Part shown: positions 1-7,249 of the stretch, piece by piece
How the letters are laid out: each line of letters opens with the position of its first letter
How positions within the stretch are numbered: position 1 is the first letter of the stretch
From: Candidatus Omnitrophota bacterium
Lineage (GTDB): Bacteria > Omnitrophota > Gorgyraeia > 2-01-FULL-45-10
Reading direction: 5' to 3'
Assembly (NCBI GenBank): GCA_017993955.1
Contig: JAGOLR010000005.1
Coordinates: 28 to 64,027 of the forward strand
Length of the DNA: 64,000 nucleotides
Program-made: the position numbers and the translations under genes
The notes under the pieces: model-generated
Database searches by the model: none
Seen by the model: the letters and a program-made list of their open reading frames with translations, nothing else
Told to the model about the DNA's origin: nothing

Positions 1-476
1 ATATAGTAACAAAGGACGAGCTCTTGGGTCGGATAACCGGTATATTGGGGGGGCGTGCCAGCGAAGATCTGATATTCAATGAGCTTTCCACCGGTGCACA
101 GAATGATCTGGAGGTTGCCACCGCGCTTGCAAGGAAGATGGTCACGAGGTTCGGGATGAGCGAGAAGCTGGGGCATTTGACTTTCGGGCACCGCGAGGAG
201 CAGATATTCCTGGGACGCGATATAATAGAGGAAAGAAATTATAGCGACCAGACGGCTCTGGTGATAGACCAAGAAGTCAGGAAGATAATCGAAGATTCTT
301 ATAAAAGGGCTAAAGACGAGTTAACAAAACACAAGGATAAGCTAAAAGCTCTTGCCGATAAGCTCCTTGAGCGTGAAGTTATGGAGGTGGCCGAGATAAG
401 AACTCTTTTAGGTTTTGCTGTGGAAGACAATAGGTCCGCACCGGATTTACAAGACGTCGGGAAGACCATTGCATAG
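1..476 (+). CDS. ftsH: ATP-dependent zinc metalloprotease FtsH, C-terminal fragment (5' end lies upstream of window)
   Basis: Reading frame is open from the window edge (frame of nt 3) to the TAG at 474-476. The translation ...IVTKDELLGRITGILGGRASEDLIFNELSTGAQNDLEVATALARKMVTRFGMSEKLG matches the conserved C-terminal peptidase region of FtsH. Conserved ftsH-folP synteny follows. Confidence 0.85.
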   Translation, partial: IVTKDELLGRITGILGGRASEDLIFNELSTGAQNDLEVATALARKMVTRFGMSEKLGHLTFGHREEQIFLGRDIIEERNYSDQTALVIDQEVRKIIEDSYKRAKDELTKHKDKLKALADKLLEREVMEVAEIRTLLGFAVEDNRSAPDLQDVGKTIA

Positions 477-537
477 AATAAAATCGGATCTTATCTGCCG
501 ATCTTTTTGCCTTCCGCTTTCGAAGCGAGTCCATATC

Positions 538-1344
538 ATGGGCATACTCAATATCACGCCTGACTCATTCTCGGACGGCGGCAGGTTCTTTAAAAAAGAC
601 AGTGCTATTAAACGCGCGATGGAGATGGCCGAAGACGGCGCCGATATCATAGATATAGGCGGCGAATCGACAAGGCCGGGCGCTACGGATGTAGGAATAG
701 ATGAGGAGATGCGGCGGGTGGTCCCGGTGATCGCGTATCTGGCTAAACGTGTAAAGATACCAATATCGGTAGATACGCGTAAATACGAAGTTGCCGAATC
801 GGCTATTTCGGCCGGAGCGAGCATAATAAATGACGTATCCGGTCTTGCGCACGATCCCCGTATCGGCCGTCTGGCTGCCGATTCCAAAGCAGGACTTATT
901 CTTATGCATATGAAGGGGAGTCCTGGCGATATGCAGAAGAATCCATTGTATAAGAATCTTATAGGCGATATTATAAGATCTTTAAAATTATCCGTAAATG
1001 CAGCAAGGCGATTGGGCGTAGACGAAGAGAGTATAGCGGTGGACCCCGGTATAGGATTAGGATTCGGTAAAAGTTGCATTCACAACCTTTCCATCATAAA
1101 TCGTCTTAAAGAACTTGCCGTTCTTGGTAAACCTATATGCGTGGGCCTATCCCGCAAGAGCTTTATCGGTATGATCTTGGGGGTAAAAAATCCGGAAGAC
1201 AGGCTGATCGGTACAGTCGCTGCAAATGCCGTGGCAGTCATGAATGGCGCTTCCATACTCAGGGTCCATGATGTAAAAGAGGCTATAGATACGGCGCTGA
1301 TCGCAGGTTCTATATTAAAAGAGAAGATATTGAGAAATGGTTAA
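538..1344 (+). CDS. folP: dihydropteroate synthase
   Basis: ORF 415..1344 contains MGILNITPDSFSDGGRF...DIIDIGGESTRPGA, the pterin-binding DHPS signature. Start placed at the internal Met at 538 that begins the conserved domain. Confidence 0.85.
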   Translation: MGILNITPDSFSDGGRFFKKDSAIKRAMEMAEDGADIIDIGGESTRPGATDVGIDEEMRRVVPVIAYLAKRVKIPISVDTRKYEVAESAISAGASIINDVSGLAHDPRIGRLAADSKAGLILMHMKGSPGDMQKNPLYKNLIGDIIRSLKLSVNAARRLGVDEESIAVDPGIGLGFGKSCIHNLSIINRLKELAVLGKPICVGLSRKSFIGMILGVKNPEDRLIGTVAANAVAVMNGASILRVHDVKEAIDTALIAGSILKEKILRNG

Positions 1345-2050
1345 ATTGGGCGTAAATATAGACCATGTAGCGACTCTTCGCGAAGCAAGAAAGGCCCGCG
1401 TGCCGGATCCTGTAGAAGCCGCGCGCATATGTGAAAAAGCCGGATGCGATTCCATAGTAGCGCATCTGCGGGAAGACCGACGGCATATCAAGGACGCCGA
1501 TATGATAGCTTTGCGAAAGTCGGTCAAGACCAGGTTAAACATGGAGATGTCGATCGCCGTCGATATAGTCGCTTTTGCATGCAGGCTTAAGCCTGATCAA
1601 GCTACCCTGGTCCCCGAGCGCCGTCAGGAGGTTACCACTGAGGGGGGATTAGACGTAAAGGGTAATTTCTCGCGTGTTAAAAAAGCGGTATCCAGGCTTG
1701 AAAGTTGCGGGATAGAGGTCAGTCTTTTTATCAATCCAATAAGATGCCAGATCGACGCCTCTATTTCTGCGGGCGCCCGTATAATAGAACTTCATACAGG
1801 TGAATACGCTAATGCCTTGAGCGCGGCTTCCGCGAAGAGAGAGTTGGCGATTATCAGAGACGCGACCGCGTATTCCTTGAGCAGGGGGTTGGAGGTAAAT
1901 GCCGGACACGGCCTGGATTATAAGAACGTTAAAGACGTCGCAAAGATAAAAGGCATGCACGAACTTAATATAGGCCATTCCATAATTTCGCGGTCGATAT
2001 TTTTGGGGCTTTACGCCTCTGTGATTGAGATGAAAGATCTTATAAAATGA
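1337..2050 (+). CDS. pdxJ: pyridoxine 5'-phosphate synthase
   Basis: MVKLGVNIDHVATLREARK... is the typical PdxJ N-terminus. 237 aa. Overlaps the folP stop by 8 nt. Confidence 0.9.
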   Translation: MVKLGVNIDHVATLREARKARVPDPVEAARICEKAGCDSIVAHLREDRRHIKDADMIALRKSVKTRLNMEMSIAVDIVAFACRLKPDQATLVPERRQEVTTEGGLDVKGNFSRVKKAVSRLESCGIEVSLFINPIRCQIDASISAGARIIELHTGEYANALSAASAKRELAIIRDATAYSLSRGLEVNAGHGLDYKNVKDVAKIKGMHELNIGHSIISRSIFLGLYASVIEMKDLIK

Positions 2051-2433
2051 TCATAGGTACGGGCATAGATATACTGGAGATATCCAGGATGGGCGAAGCC
2101 ATAAAAAAGTGGGGGGATAGTTTCCTTACCAAGATATTTACACCTCTCGAGATAGAATACTCTTCTTCCAGGAGGTTTGCGCCTCAGCATTTTGCCGCGC
2201 GTTTTGCGGCTAAAGAGGCTGTTGTTAAGGCCTTTGGAGAGCCTAATAAGTACCCGATCAGGTGGACCGACATCGAAGTCTTAAACGATGCGGAAGGTAA
2301 GCCTGTAATAAAATTTCACGCCACAGCCATGCGCGCGAAGAGAAAAAAATGCGTAGGGGATGTGGTGGTCAGCATGTCGCATTCGAAAAAATATGCCGTC
2401 GCCAATGCTATACTTATAAAAGGTAAGAGGTGA
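2047..2433 (+). CDS. acpS: holo-[acyl-carrier-protein] synthase
   Basis: MIIGTGIDILEISRM... 128 aa, AcpS family. ATGA overlap with pdxJ. The pdxJ-acpS pairing is conserved. Confidence 0.9.
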   Translation: MIIGTGIDILEISRMGEAIKKWGDSFLTKIFTPLEIEYSSSRRFAPQHFAARFAAKEAVVKAFGEPNKYPIRWTDIEVLNDAEGKPVIKFHATAMRAKRKKCVGDVVVSMSHSKKYAVANAILIKGKR

Positions 2434-2443
2434 TCTATATAAT

Positions 2444-3313
2444 ATGGGCGAGATAAATATTAACGAGCTTATATCTAAATTCCCCAAAAGGCCCGCGGAC
2501 ACTAACAAGGGGGATGCGGGCCACGTGCTGGTTATGGCCGGGTCTCTTTCGTATACGGGGTCGGCATATCTGGCAAGCCAAGCGGCTATTCTATCCGGAA
2601 GTGGACTCGTAACGCTCGCGGCGGGTAAAAGCATACACCCTATGCTTGCTGTGAAGCTTACCGAAGTAATGGTTAAAATTTTTATAGAGACCAAAGACGG
2701 ATCTCTCAGTTTGATGGCCGAGAAGGATATTTTGAAATTCGCCGAGAGGTGCGACTCTTTTGTGATAGGGCCTGGGATATCACAAAACACGGAGACGCAG
2801 GGGCTGGTTCGTAACCTCGTGACTAAACTCACCAAACCAATAGTCCTTGATGCCGATGGTATAAACGCTATGGCGGGCAACGTCGAACTTTTAAATAAAG
2901 CGAAAGCCCCTATAATTTTGACTCCGCATCCCGGCGAGATGGCCCGCCTTGTCGGGAAGGAAGTCCCGGATATACAGTTAGACAGAAAAGGACTTGCGCT
3001 AGCGTTCGCAAATGAGTATAATACGTTCTTGGTTTTAAAGGGTCACGATACCGTGGTGGCAAGTCCATCGGGTGATCTGTATATAAATAGAACCGGTAAC
3101 CCCGGTATGGCCACCGGCGGCACCGGCGATGTTCTTGCGGGAATGATAGCAAGTTTTGCAGGCCAGGGCCTTGGGGCATTCGAGGCGGCATGCATGGCAG
3201 TATACTTTCATGGCTTGGCAGGGGATATGGCTGCCGGCGAGAAGGGGGTTTTGAGCCTGCTCGCGACCGATCTTTTAAGAAATTTACCCGACGTATTGAA
3301 AAAGCTAGCGTAG
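2444..3313 (+). CDS. nnr: ADP-dependent NAD(P)H-hydrate dehydratase (YjeF C-terminal domain family)
   Basis: 289 aa with GDAGHVLVMAGS...GSAYLA, GPGI and TGGTGDVLAG motifs of carbohydrate-kinase-like NnrD. Confidence 0.85.
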   Translation: MGEININELISKFPKRPADTNKGDAGHVLVMAGSLSYTGSAYLASQAAILSGSGLVTLAAGKSIHPMLAVKLTEVMVKIFIETKDGSLSLMAEKDILKFAERCDSFVIGPGISQNTETQGLVRNLVTKLTKPIVLDADGINAMAGNVELLNKAKAPIILTPHPGEMARLVGKEVPDIQLDRKGLALAFANEYNTFLVLKGHDTVVASPSGDLYINRTGNPGMATGGTGDVLAGMIASFAGQGLGAFEAACMAVYFHGLAGDMAAGEKGVLSLLATDLLRNLPDVLKKLA

Positions 3314-3423
3314 CTCAATCCCATCATCTCATGCGGTAGGGACGAGCTACGCTATAGATATTAGCTAGCGTAGCTCAGCCCCATCGCCTTATTTGGTGGG
3401 GACGAGCTTCGCTGTAGAGATTA
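3304..3423. repeat. two tandem 60-bp units, each starting with the first 14 nt of the downstream tRNA-Thr (GCTAGCGTAGCTCA) and folding into a long hairpin
   Basis: Units at 3304-3363 and 3364-3423 share GCTAGCGTAGCTCA...CGAGCT(A/T)CGCT(A/G)TAGA(T/G)ATTA. In each unit AGCGTAGCTC pairs with a downstream GAGCTACGCT / GAGCTTCGCT (10-bp stem), with an inner TCCC/GGGA or CCCCA/TGGGG stem. The first unit starts inside the last codons of nnr. Confidence 0.8.
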
Positions 3424-3499
3424 GCTAGCGTAGCTCAGCTGGTAGAGCAGGGGTTTTGTAAACCTCAGGTCGGGGGTTCAATTCCCTCCGCTAGCTCCA
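3424..3499 (+). tRNA. thrU-like: tRNA-Thr (anticodon TGT)
   Basis: Cloverleaf read by eye: acceptor GCTAGCG/CGCTAGC, D-arm GCTC-AGCTGGTA-GAGC, anticodon stem-loop GGGGT-TTTGTAA-ACCTC, T-arm GGGGG-TTCAATT-CCCTC, encoded CCA. Confidence 0.85.
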
Positions 3500-3641
3500 G
3501 TTTTTGTTTCAGTGTTTGCGGGAATTGAAGCCCGCGAACGCCGAGCGAAGCGAGGAAAAGGGCTATGCCCGACAGTGAGCGGGCTGGCTACACAGGCGAG
3601 CTCCGCGAGCCGAAGTAGCCAATTCCCTCCGCTAGCTCCAG
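3500..3641. repeat. about 120-bp element inserted directly 3' of tRNA-Thr(TGT) and ending in a 22-bp direct duplication of the tRNA 3' end
   Basis: CAATTCCCTCCGCTAGCTCCAG occurs at 3479-3500 (tRNA 3' end) and again at 3620-3641. The interior carries the hairpin TGCGGGAATTGAAGCCCGCGAA (3517-3538) and GAAAAGGGCTATGCCCGA, which are homologous to the element after tRNA-Gly. Confidence 0.75.
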
Positions 3642-3752
3642 ATTTTTGCTCAGCAAAAATCAGTCCCGAAGCCACCTTGACTAATTTGTTTCTGCATATC
3701 ATTAAAGCAGAAACAAATTATTAAAGCTGAGGGACCATTTTACTCCCACGCG

Positions 3753-3774
3753 TGCGGGAATTGACGCCCGCGAA
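3753..3774. repeat. third copy of the GCGGGAATTGA(A/C)GCCCGCGAA hairpin motif
   Basis: TGCGGGAATTGACGCCCGCGAA differs at one base from the copy at 3517-3538. Confidence 0.7.
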
Positions 3775-4002
3775 TCGGGCAAAAGTCTACAATGTTCGGA
3801 GATTGATTTATTATTCGAAAACACTCTTTTAATTTCAATAAATCCTGAGTATTTATTGAAATTATTTACTCGTTTTCGAAGTGCAAAATTTCAGAGAAAA
3901 TGTTTTGTCCCTCGGCTTGATAATCCTGTTTTGTCCTAATGATAGCCAAAACAGGATTGGTAGATGTGGCCTCGGGACTGCAATTTTCAGAGAAAATTGC
4001 TA

Positions 4003-4088
4003 GGTGAGGTACCAGAGTGGCCAAATGGACCAGACTGTAAATCTGGCGGCGCGAGCCTTCGGTGGTTCGAATCCACCCCTCACCACCA
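4003..4088 (+). tRNA. tyrU-like: tRNA-Tyr (anticodon GTA), long variable arm
   Basis: GGTGAGG acceptor, anticodon stem-loop CCAGA-CTGTAAA-TCTGG, long variable arm CGGCGCGAGCCTTCGG, T-arm TGGTTCGAATCCACC, ends CCTCACC-A-CCA. Confidence 0.85.
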
Positions 4089-4090
4089 TT

Positions 4091-4133
4091 AACGAAAAGC
4101 ACCGGAAGCGTATTCCGGTGCTTTTCGTTTATA
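4091..4133 (+). terminator. 17-bp perfect palindrome directly after tRNA-Tyr (AACGAAAAGCACCGGAA / TTCCGGTGCTTTTCGTT), candidate bidirectional terminator
   Basis: Perfect inverted repeat with loop GCGTA. A T-run is embedded in the 3' arm. Confidence 0.5.
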
Positions 4134-4139
4134 AACACC

Positions 4140-4167
4140 TTGCACTTAGAATAAAATATTGTATAAT
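4140..4167 (+). promoter_or_regulatory. sigma-70-like promoter for tRNA-Gly (TTGCAC - 16 nt - TATAAT)
   Basis: TTGCAC at 4140-4145 and TATAAT at 4162-4167, about 130 nt upstream of the tRNA-Gly 5' end. Confidence 0.55.
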
Positions 4168-4300
4168 TATGTGTTAACACGATATATAGAGCTCTGCGAA
4201 ATTATCTTTGCCCCCATGAGCACTCTTTAGATTTTGGTAAATTCTCCGAATTTACCAAAATCATTTATTCGCTCATGGGACGCAAATTTCATAGAAATTT

Positions 4301-4374
4301 GCGGGAGTAGTTCAATGGTAGAACACGAGCCTTCCAAGCTCGTTGCGTGGGTTCGATTCCCATCTCCCGCTCCA
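4301..4374 (+). tRNA. glyT-like: tRNA-Gly (anticodon TCC)
   Basis: GCGGGAG acceptor, D-arm GTTC-AATGGTA-GAAC, anticodon stem-loop ACGAGC-CTTCCAA-GCTCGT, T-arm TGGGTTCGATTCCCA, ends TCTCCCGC-T-CCA. Confidence 0.85.
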
Positions 4375-4552
4375 CTACTAGTTGTTTACGCTATTTGAAT
4401 GTAATTGGGTGTTATAGAGTCAGCGAGGCGAGGGAATCGAAGCCGAATTTGCGCTGACGAATAGGAAGAAAAGGCCTATGGCCGGAAGCAAATTCGGCCG
4501 GCCCGAAGCGAGCGTTATACGCGAGCGGAGGGGATTCCCATCTCCCGCTCCA
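4375..4552. repeat. about 160-bp element inserted directly 3' of tRNA-Gly and ending in a 20-bp direct duplication of the tRNA 3' end; paralog of the element at 3500-3641
   Basis: GATTCCCATCTCCCGCTCCA occurs at 4355-4374 and again at 4533-4552. The interior carries GAGGGAATCGAAGCCGAA and GAAAAGGCCTATGGCCGGA, which align with GCGGGAATTGAAGCCCGCGAA and GAAAAGGGCTATGCCCGA of the Thr-linked element. Compensatory GGGC/GCCC versus GGCC/GGCC changes preserve a hairpin. Confidence 0.7.
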
Positions 4553-4747
4553 TTCTGCTTCGCCCTAAAACAGTTGTATTGAGTTAGGGCTTCGCAGAAA
4601 TTCATCTGCAGGCAGAATGCCTCTACGAAGCCATACCTGCATTTGGCTTATTGATTGGCGAAGTAGGGCATACAACTTAATTGTATTTTGCTTAAAACTT
4701 TTCGTGTGTAGGCGTTGTAATTTATTATAAATTAAAACAAGGCCACC

Positions 4748-5161
4748 ATGCCTAAGACTAAAAAAGAACCCCCGATCCTGAGAATATTAACAGTGGATGA
4801 CGAGATAGGCATTGACTCGTTCTTCTATGATTTTTTTACGGCCCGCAATTACGAGGTCTTTACCGCATCTAACGGGAAAGAGGCTATCGAGATAGTCAAA
4901 AAAAAGAGCCCAAGGATAGTGCTGCTTGACATAAATATGCGCGGCATGAGTGGCCTTGAGGTTCTGAAGAAGATAAAGGAGATAGACAGGAGCATCGTCG
5001 TTATTATGGTGACTGGTATGAAGAGCGATGATACGGTGCGAGAGGCTTTTTCCGCAGGCGCCGATGACTATCTTACGAAGCCTTTGAGCCTTGAGTATCT
5101 TGATAAGGTGGTTTTTTTAAAGTACGTTAATTCACAGATAAAGGATATGGGTCAGATATAA
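4748..5161 (+). CDS. single-domain response regulator (CheY-like receiver only)
   Basis: 137 aa. ILTVDDE acidic pocket, phospho-acceptor Asp in VLLDINM, conserved T (MVTG) and K (YLTKP). No output domain. Confidence 0.8.
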   Translation: MPKTKKEPPILRILTVDDEIGIDSFFYDFFTARNYEVFTASNGKEAIEIVKKKSPRIVLLDINMRGMSGLEVLKKIKEIDRSIVVIMVTGMKSDDTVREAFSAGADDYLTKPLSLEYLDKVVFLKYVNSQIKDMGQI

Positions 5162-5261
5162 CTTCGGGGGGCTTGTATTTCAAATATCTCAACGGTTGAC
5201 TTAGGCCATTGAGATTTTTTTGTAATTCGTTTTATATGATGCTAAAAACACACAGGAGGTA

Positions 5262-6260
5262 ATGATGCCAAGTTCTACCATAGAAGCTATAAACCAAAAG
5301 GTAAAAAAAGAGAGCGCGTTTATCCAGCCTCTTATCCAGGAAATAGAAAAGGCCATAATAGGACAGAAGTATCTTATAGAGCGCCTTTTGGTCGGGCTTT
5401 TAGCTAACGGCCATATATTGATAGAAGGCGTGCCGGGGCTGGCCAAAACTATGGCGGTAAAGACCCTGGCCCAGGCCATAAAGACAAAATTCCAGCGAAT
5501 ACAATTTACGCCGGACCTTTTACCTGCGGACCTTGTAGGGACCTTGATATATAATCCAAAGGACGGCGGGTTTACTACTAAGAAGGGGCCTATATTTGCA
5601 AATATTATTTTGGCGGATGAGATTAACCGCGCTCCCGCCAAAGTGCAATCCGCTCTTCTGGAGGCGATGCAGGAGCGCCAGGTCACCATAGGGGAGCATA
5701 CCTACAAGCTTGATGAGCCGTATCTGGTTCTCGCTACGCAAAACCCGATAGAACACGAAGGGACGTACCCGCTTCCAGAGGCTCAGGTCGATCGCTTTAT
5801 GCTTAAGCTCGAGATCACCTATCCGACGCGGGAGGAGGAGCATAAGATAATGAAGAGAATGGCTTCCACGGATAAGAAGATCGCCATTGCCCCCATAGTA
5901 TCTCCGGAAGATATTGTGCGGGCGCGCGCTGTTGTCGACGAGATATATATGGATGAGAGAATAGAAAAGTACATAGTCGATATAGTATTTGCCACCAGAG
6001 AGCCGAAGGCTTACAGGCTGGATGAGATAACCCCGCTTATACAATACGGCGCCTCACCGCGAGCCACTATATTCCTTTCTATCGCGTCCAAGGCTTATGC
6101 TTTTCTCCAGGGCAGGGGCTATGTAGTCCCTCAGGACGTAAAGACTATAGGCATGGACATACTGCGTCACAGGGTAATAGTAAGTTACGAAGCGGAAGCG
6201 GAGAATAAGACGTCGGAAGATATAATAAAGCGAGTATTTGAAGAAGTAAGAGTGCCATAG
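5262..6260 (+). CDS. MoxR-family AAA+ ATPase
   Basis: 332 aa with Walker A GVPGLAKT and Walker B ILADEINRA, MoxR-like. RBS AGGAGG at 5254-5259 favours the second ATG at 5265. Confidence 0.9.
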   Translation: MMPSSTIEAINQKVKKESAFIQPLIQEIEKAIIGQKYLIERLLVGLLANGHILIEGVPGLAKTMAVKTLAQAIKTKFQRIQFTPDLLPADLVGTLIYNPKDGGFTTKKGPIFANIILADEINRAPAKVQSALLEAMQERQVTIGEHTYKLDEPYLVLATQNPIEHEGTYPLPEAQVDRFMLKLEITYPTREEEHKIMKRMASTDKKIAIAPIVSPEDIVRARAVVDEIYMDERIEKYIVDIVFATREPKAYRLDEITPLIQYGASPRATIFLSIASKAYAFLQGRGYVVPQDVKTIGMDILRHRVIVSYEAEAENKTSEDIIKRVFEEVRVP

Positions 6261-6357
6261 AGTTATGAGGGAAGATGGGTGATGGATGAGAGAAGATAGA
6301 TGACATCGGCATCACAATCATCTCTCTTCTGTCATCACGGATCCTTCTTACGCATAT

Positions 6358-7239
6358 ATGCTATCTAAAGAACTGATTGCAAAGATACGCCGTATCGAGA
6401 TAACAACTTCTAAGCTTGTCACAGACATGCTGGCAGGACAGTATGAAAGTGTCTTTAAAGGGCGAGGAATAGAGTTCGACGAAGTGCGCGAATACCAGCC
6501 CGGTGATGAGATAAGGTCCATAGATTGGAACGTTACTGCTCGTATGGGGGCGCCTTTTGTAAAGAAATTCATAGAAGAGCGTCAGCTTACGGTGATGCTT
6601 CTTTTGGATCTGTCCGGTTCCTCCAGGTTCGGGACTTCCCTCAGGCTTAAGAATGAACTTGCCGCGGAGATATGCTCGGTCCTGGCTTTTGCCGCAACGC
6701 AGAACAAGGATCGCGTTGGTCTTATAGTATTTACCGATAAGGTAGAGAAATTTATACCTCCCAGGAAGGGGCTGCAGCATGTGCTTCGCGTTATCCGCGA
6801 GGCGCTATGTTTTAAACCGGAAGGCAAAGGTACGGATCTTGCGGGTGCATTGAGGTACTTGGATGGCGTGACGGCGCGCAGGGCAGTTACTTTTATCATA
6901 TCGGATTTCTTCGCGAAAAACTTTAAACAGCCGCTTACCATAGCCAGTAAAAAACATGACTGCATCGCCGTTACTATTACGGATCCACGGGAGCTTGAAC
7001 TACCGAACGCAGGCATCGTAGATCTCACAGACGCGGAAACCGGTGGGCTCTTTACTGTCGATACTTCCAGCCAGCGCGTCAGAGACGCTTATGCCGCGAA
7101 GGCCCAGCGAATCAGAGATGAGCGCTCCAGTCTTTTCGGCTCCATTAAACTGGACCATATAGACATCAGAACCGACAGGCCGTACATAGACGAATTGGTG
7201 AAATTTTTCCGCATGAGAAGGCGCAGGATGTACTCTTAA
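6358..7239 (+). CDS. DUF58 family protein (vWA-like; MoxR partner)
   Basis: 293 aa with YQPGDEIRSIDWNVTAR, the hallmark motif of DUF58 proteins that follow MoxR ATPases. Confidence 0.8.
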   Translation: MLSKELIAKIRRIEITTSKLVTDMLAGQYESVFKGRGIEFDEVREYQPGDEIRSIDWNVTARMGAPFVKKFIEERQLTVMLLLDLSGSSRFGTSLRLKNELAAEICSVLAFAATQNKDRVGLIVFTDKVEKFIPPRKGLQHVLRVIREALCFKPEGKGTDLAGALRYLDGVTARRAVTFIISDFFAKNFKQPLTIASKKHDCIAVTITDPRELELPNAGIVDLTDAETGGLFTVDTSSQRVRDAYAAKAQRIRDERSSLFGSIKLDHIDIRTDRPYIDELVKFFRMRRRRMYS

Positions 7240-7249
7240 AAAATACCAA

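Noticed and set aside
447-1079. 210-aa minus-strand ORF (and the smaller 565..909 one) antisense to folP
   Set aside because: Entirely overlaps a well-supported + strand gene and has no recognisable domain. Long antisense ORFs are expected in coding DNA with this composition.
3304-3499. Possible CRISPR array (three roughly 60-bp-periodic units)
   Set aside because: Only two degenerate units plus a bona fide tRNA. The units are contiguous with no unique spacers and no cas genes nearby.
3501-3620. Possible minus-strand tRNA or tmRNA-like gene suggested by GCGGGCTTCAATTCCCGC (T-arm-like when reverse-complemented)
   Set aside because: Reverse complement lacks an acceptor stem, D-arm and CCA-proximal pairing. 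The motif is better explained as the conserved hairpin of the repeated element.
3512-3724. 70-aa + strand ORF spanning the tRNA-Thr-linked element
   Set aside because: Crosses the duplicated tRNA 3' end, has no RBS or conservation, and lies in a region dominated by RNA-type hairpins.
3866-4180. 104-aa minus-strand ORF
   Set aside because: Runs antisense through tRNA-Tyr and the palindromic spacer. Spurious.
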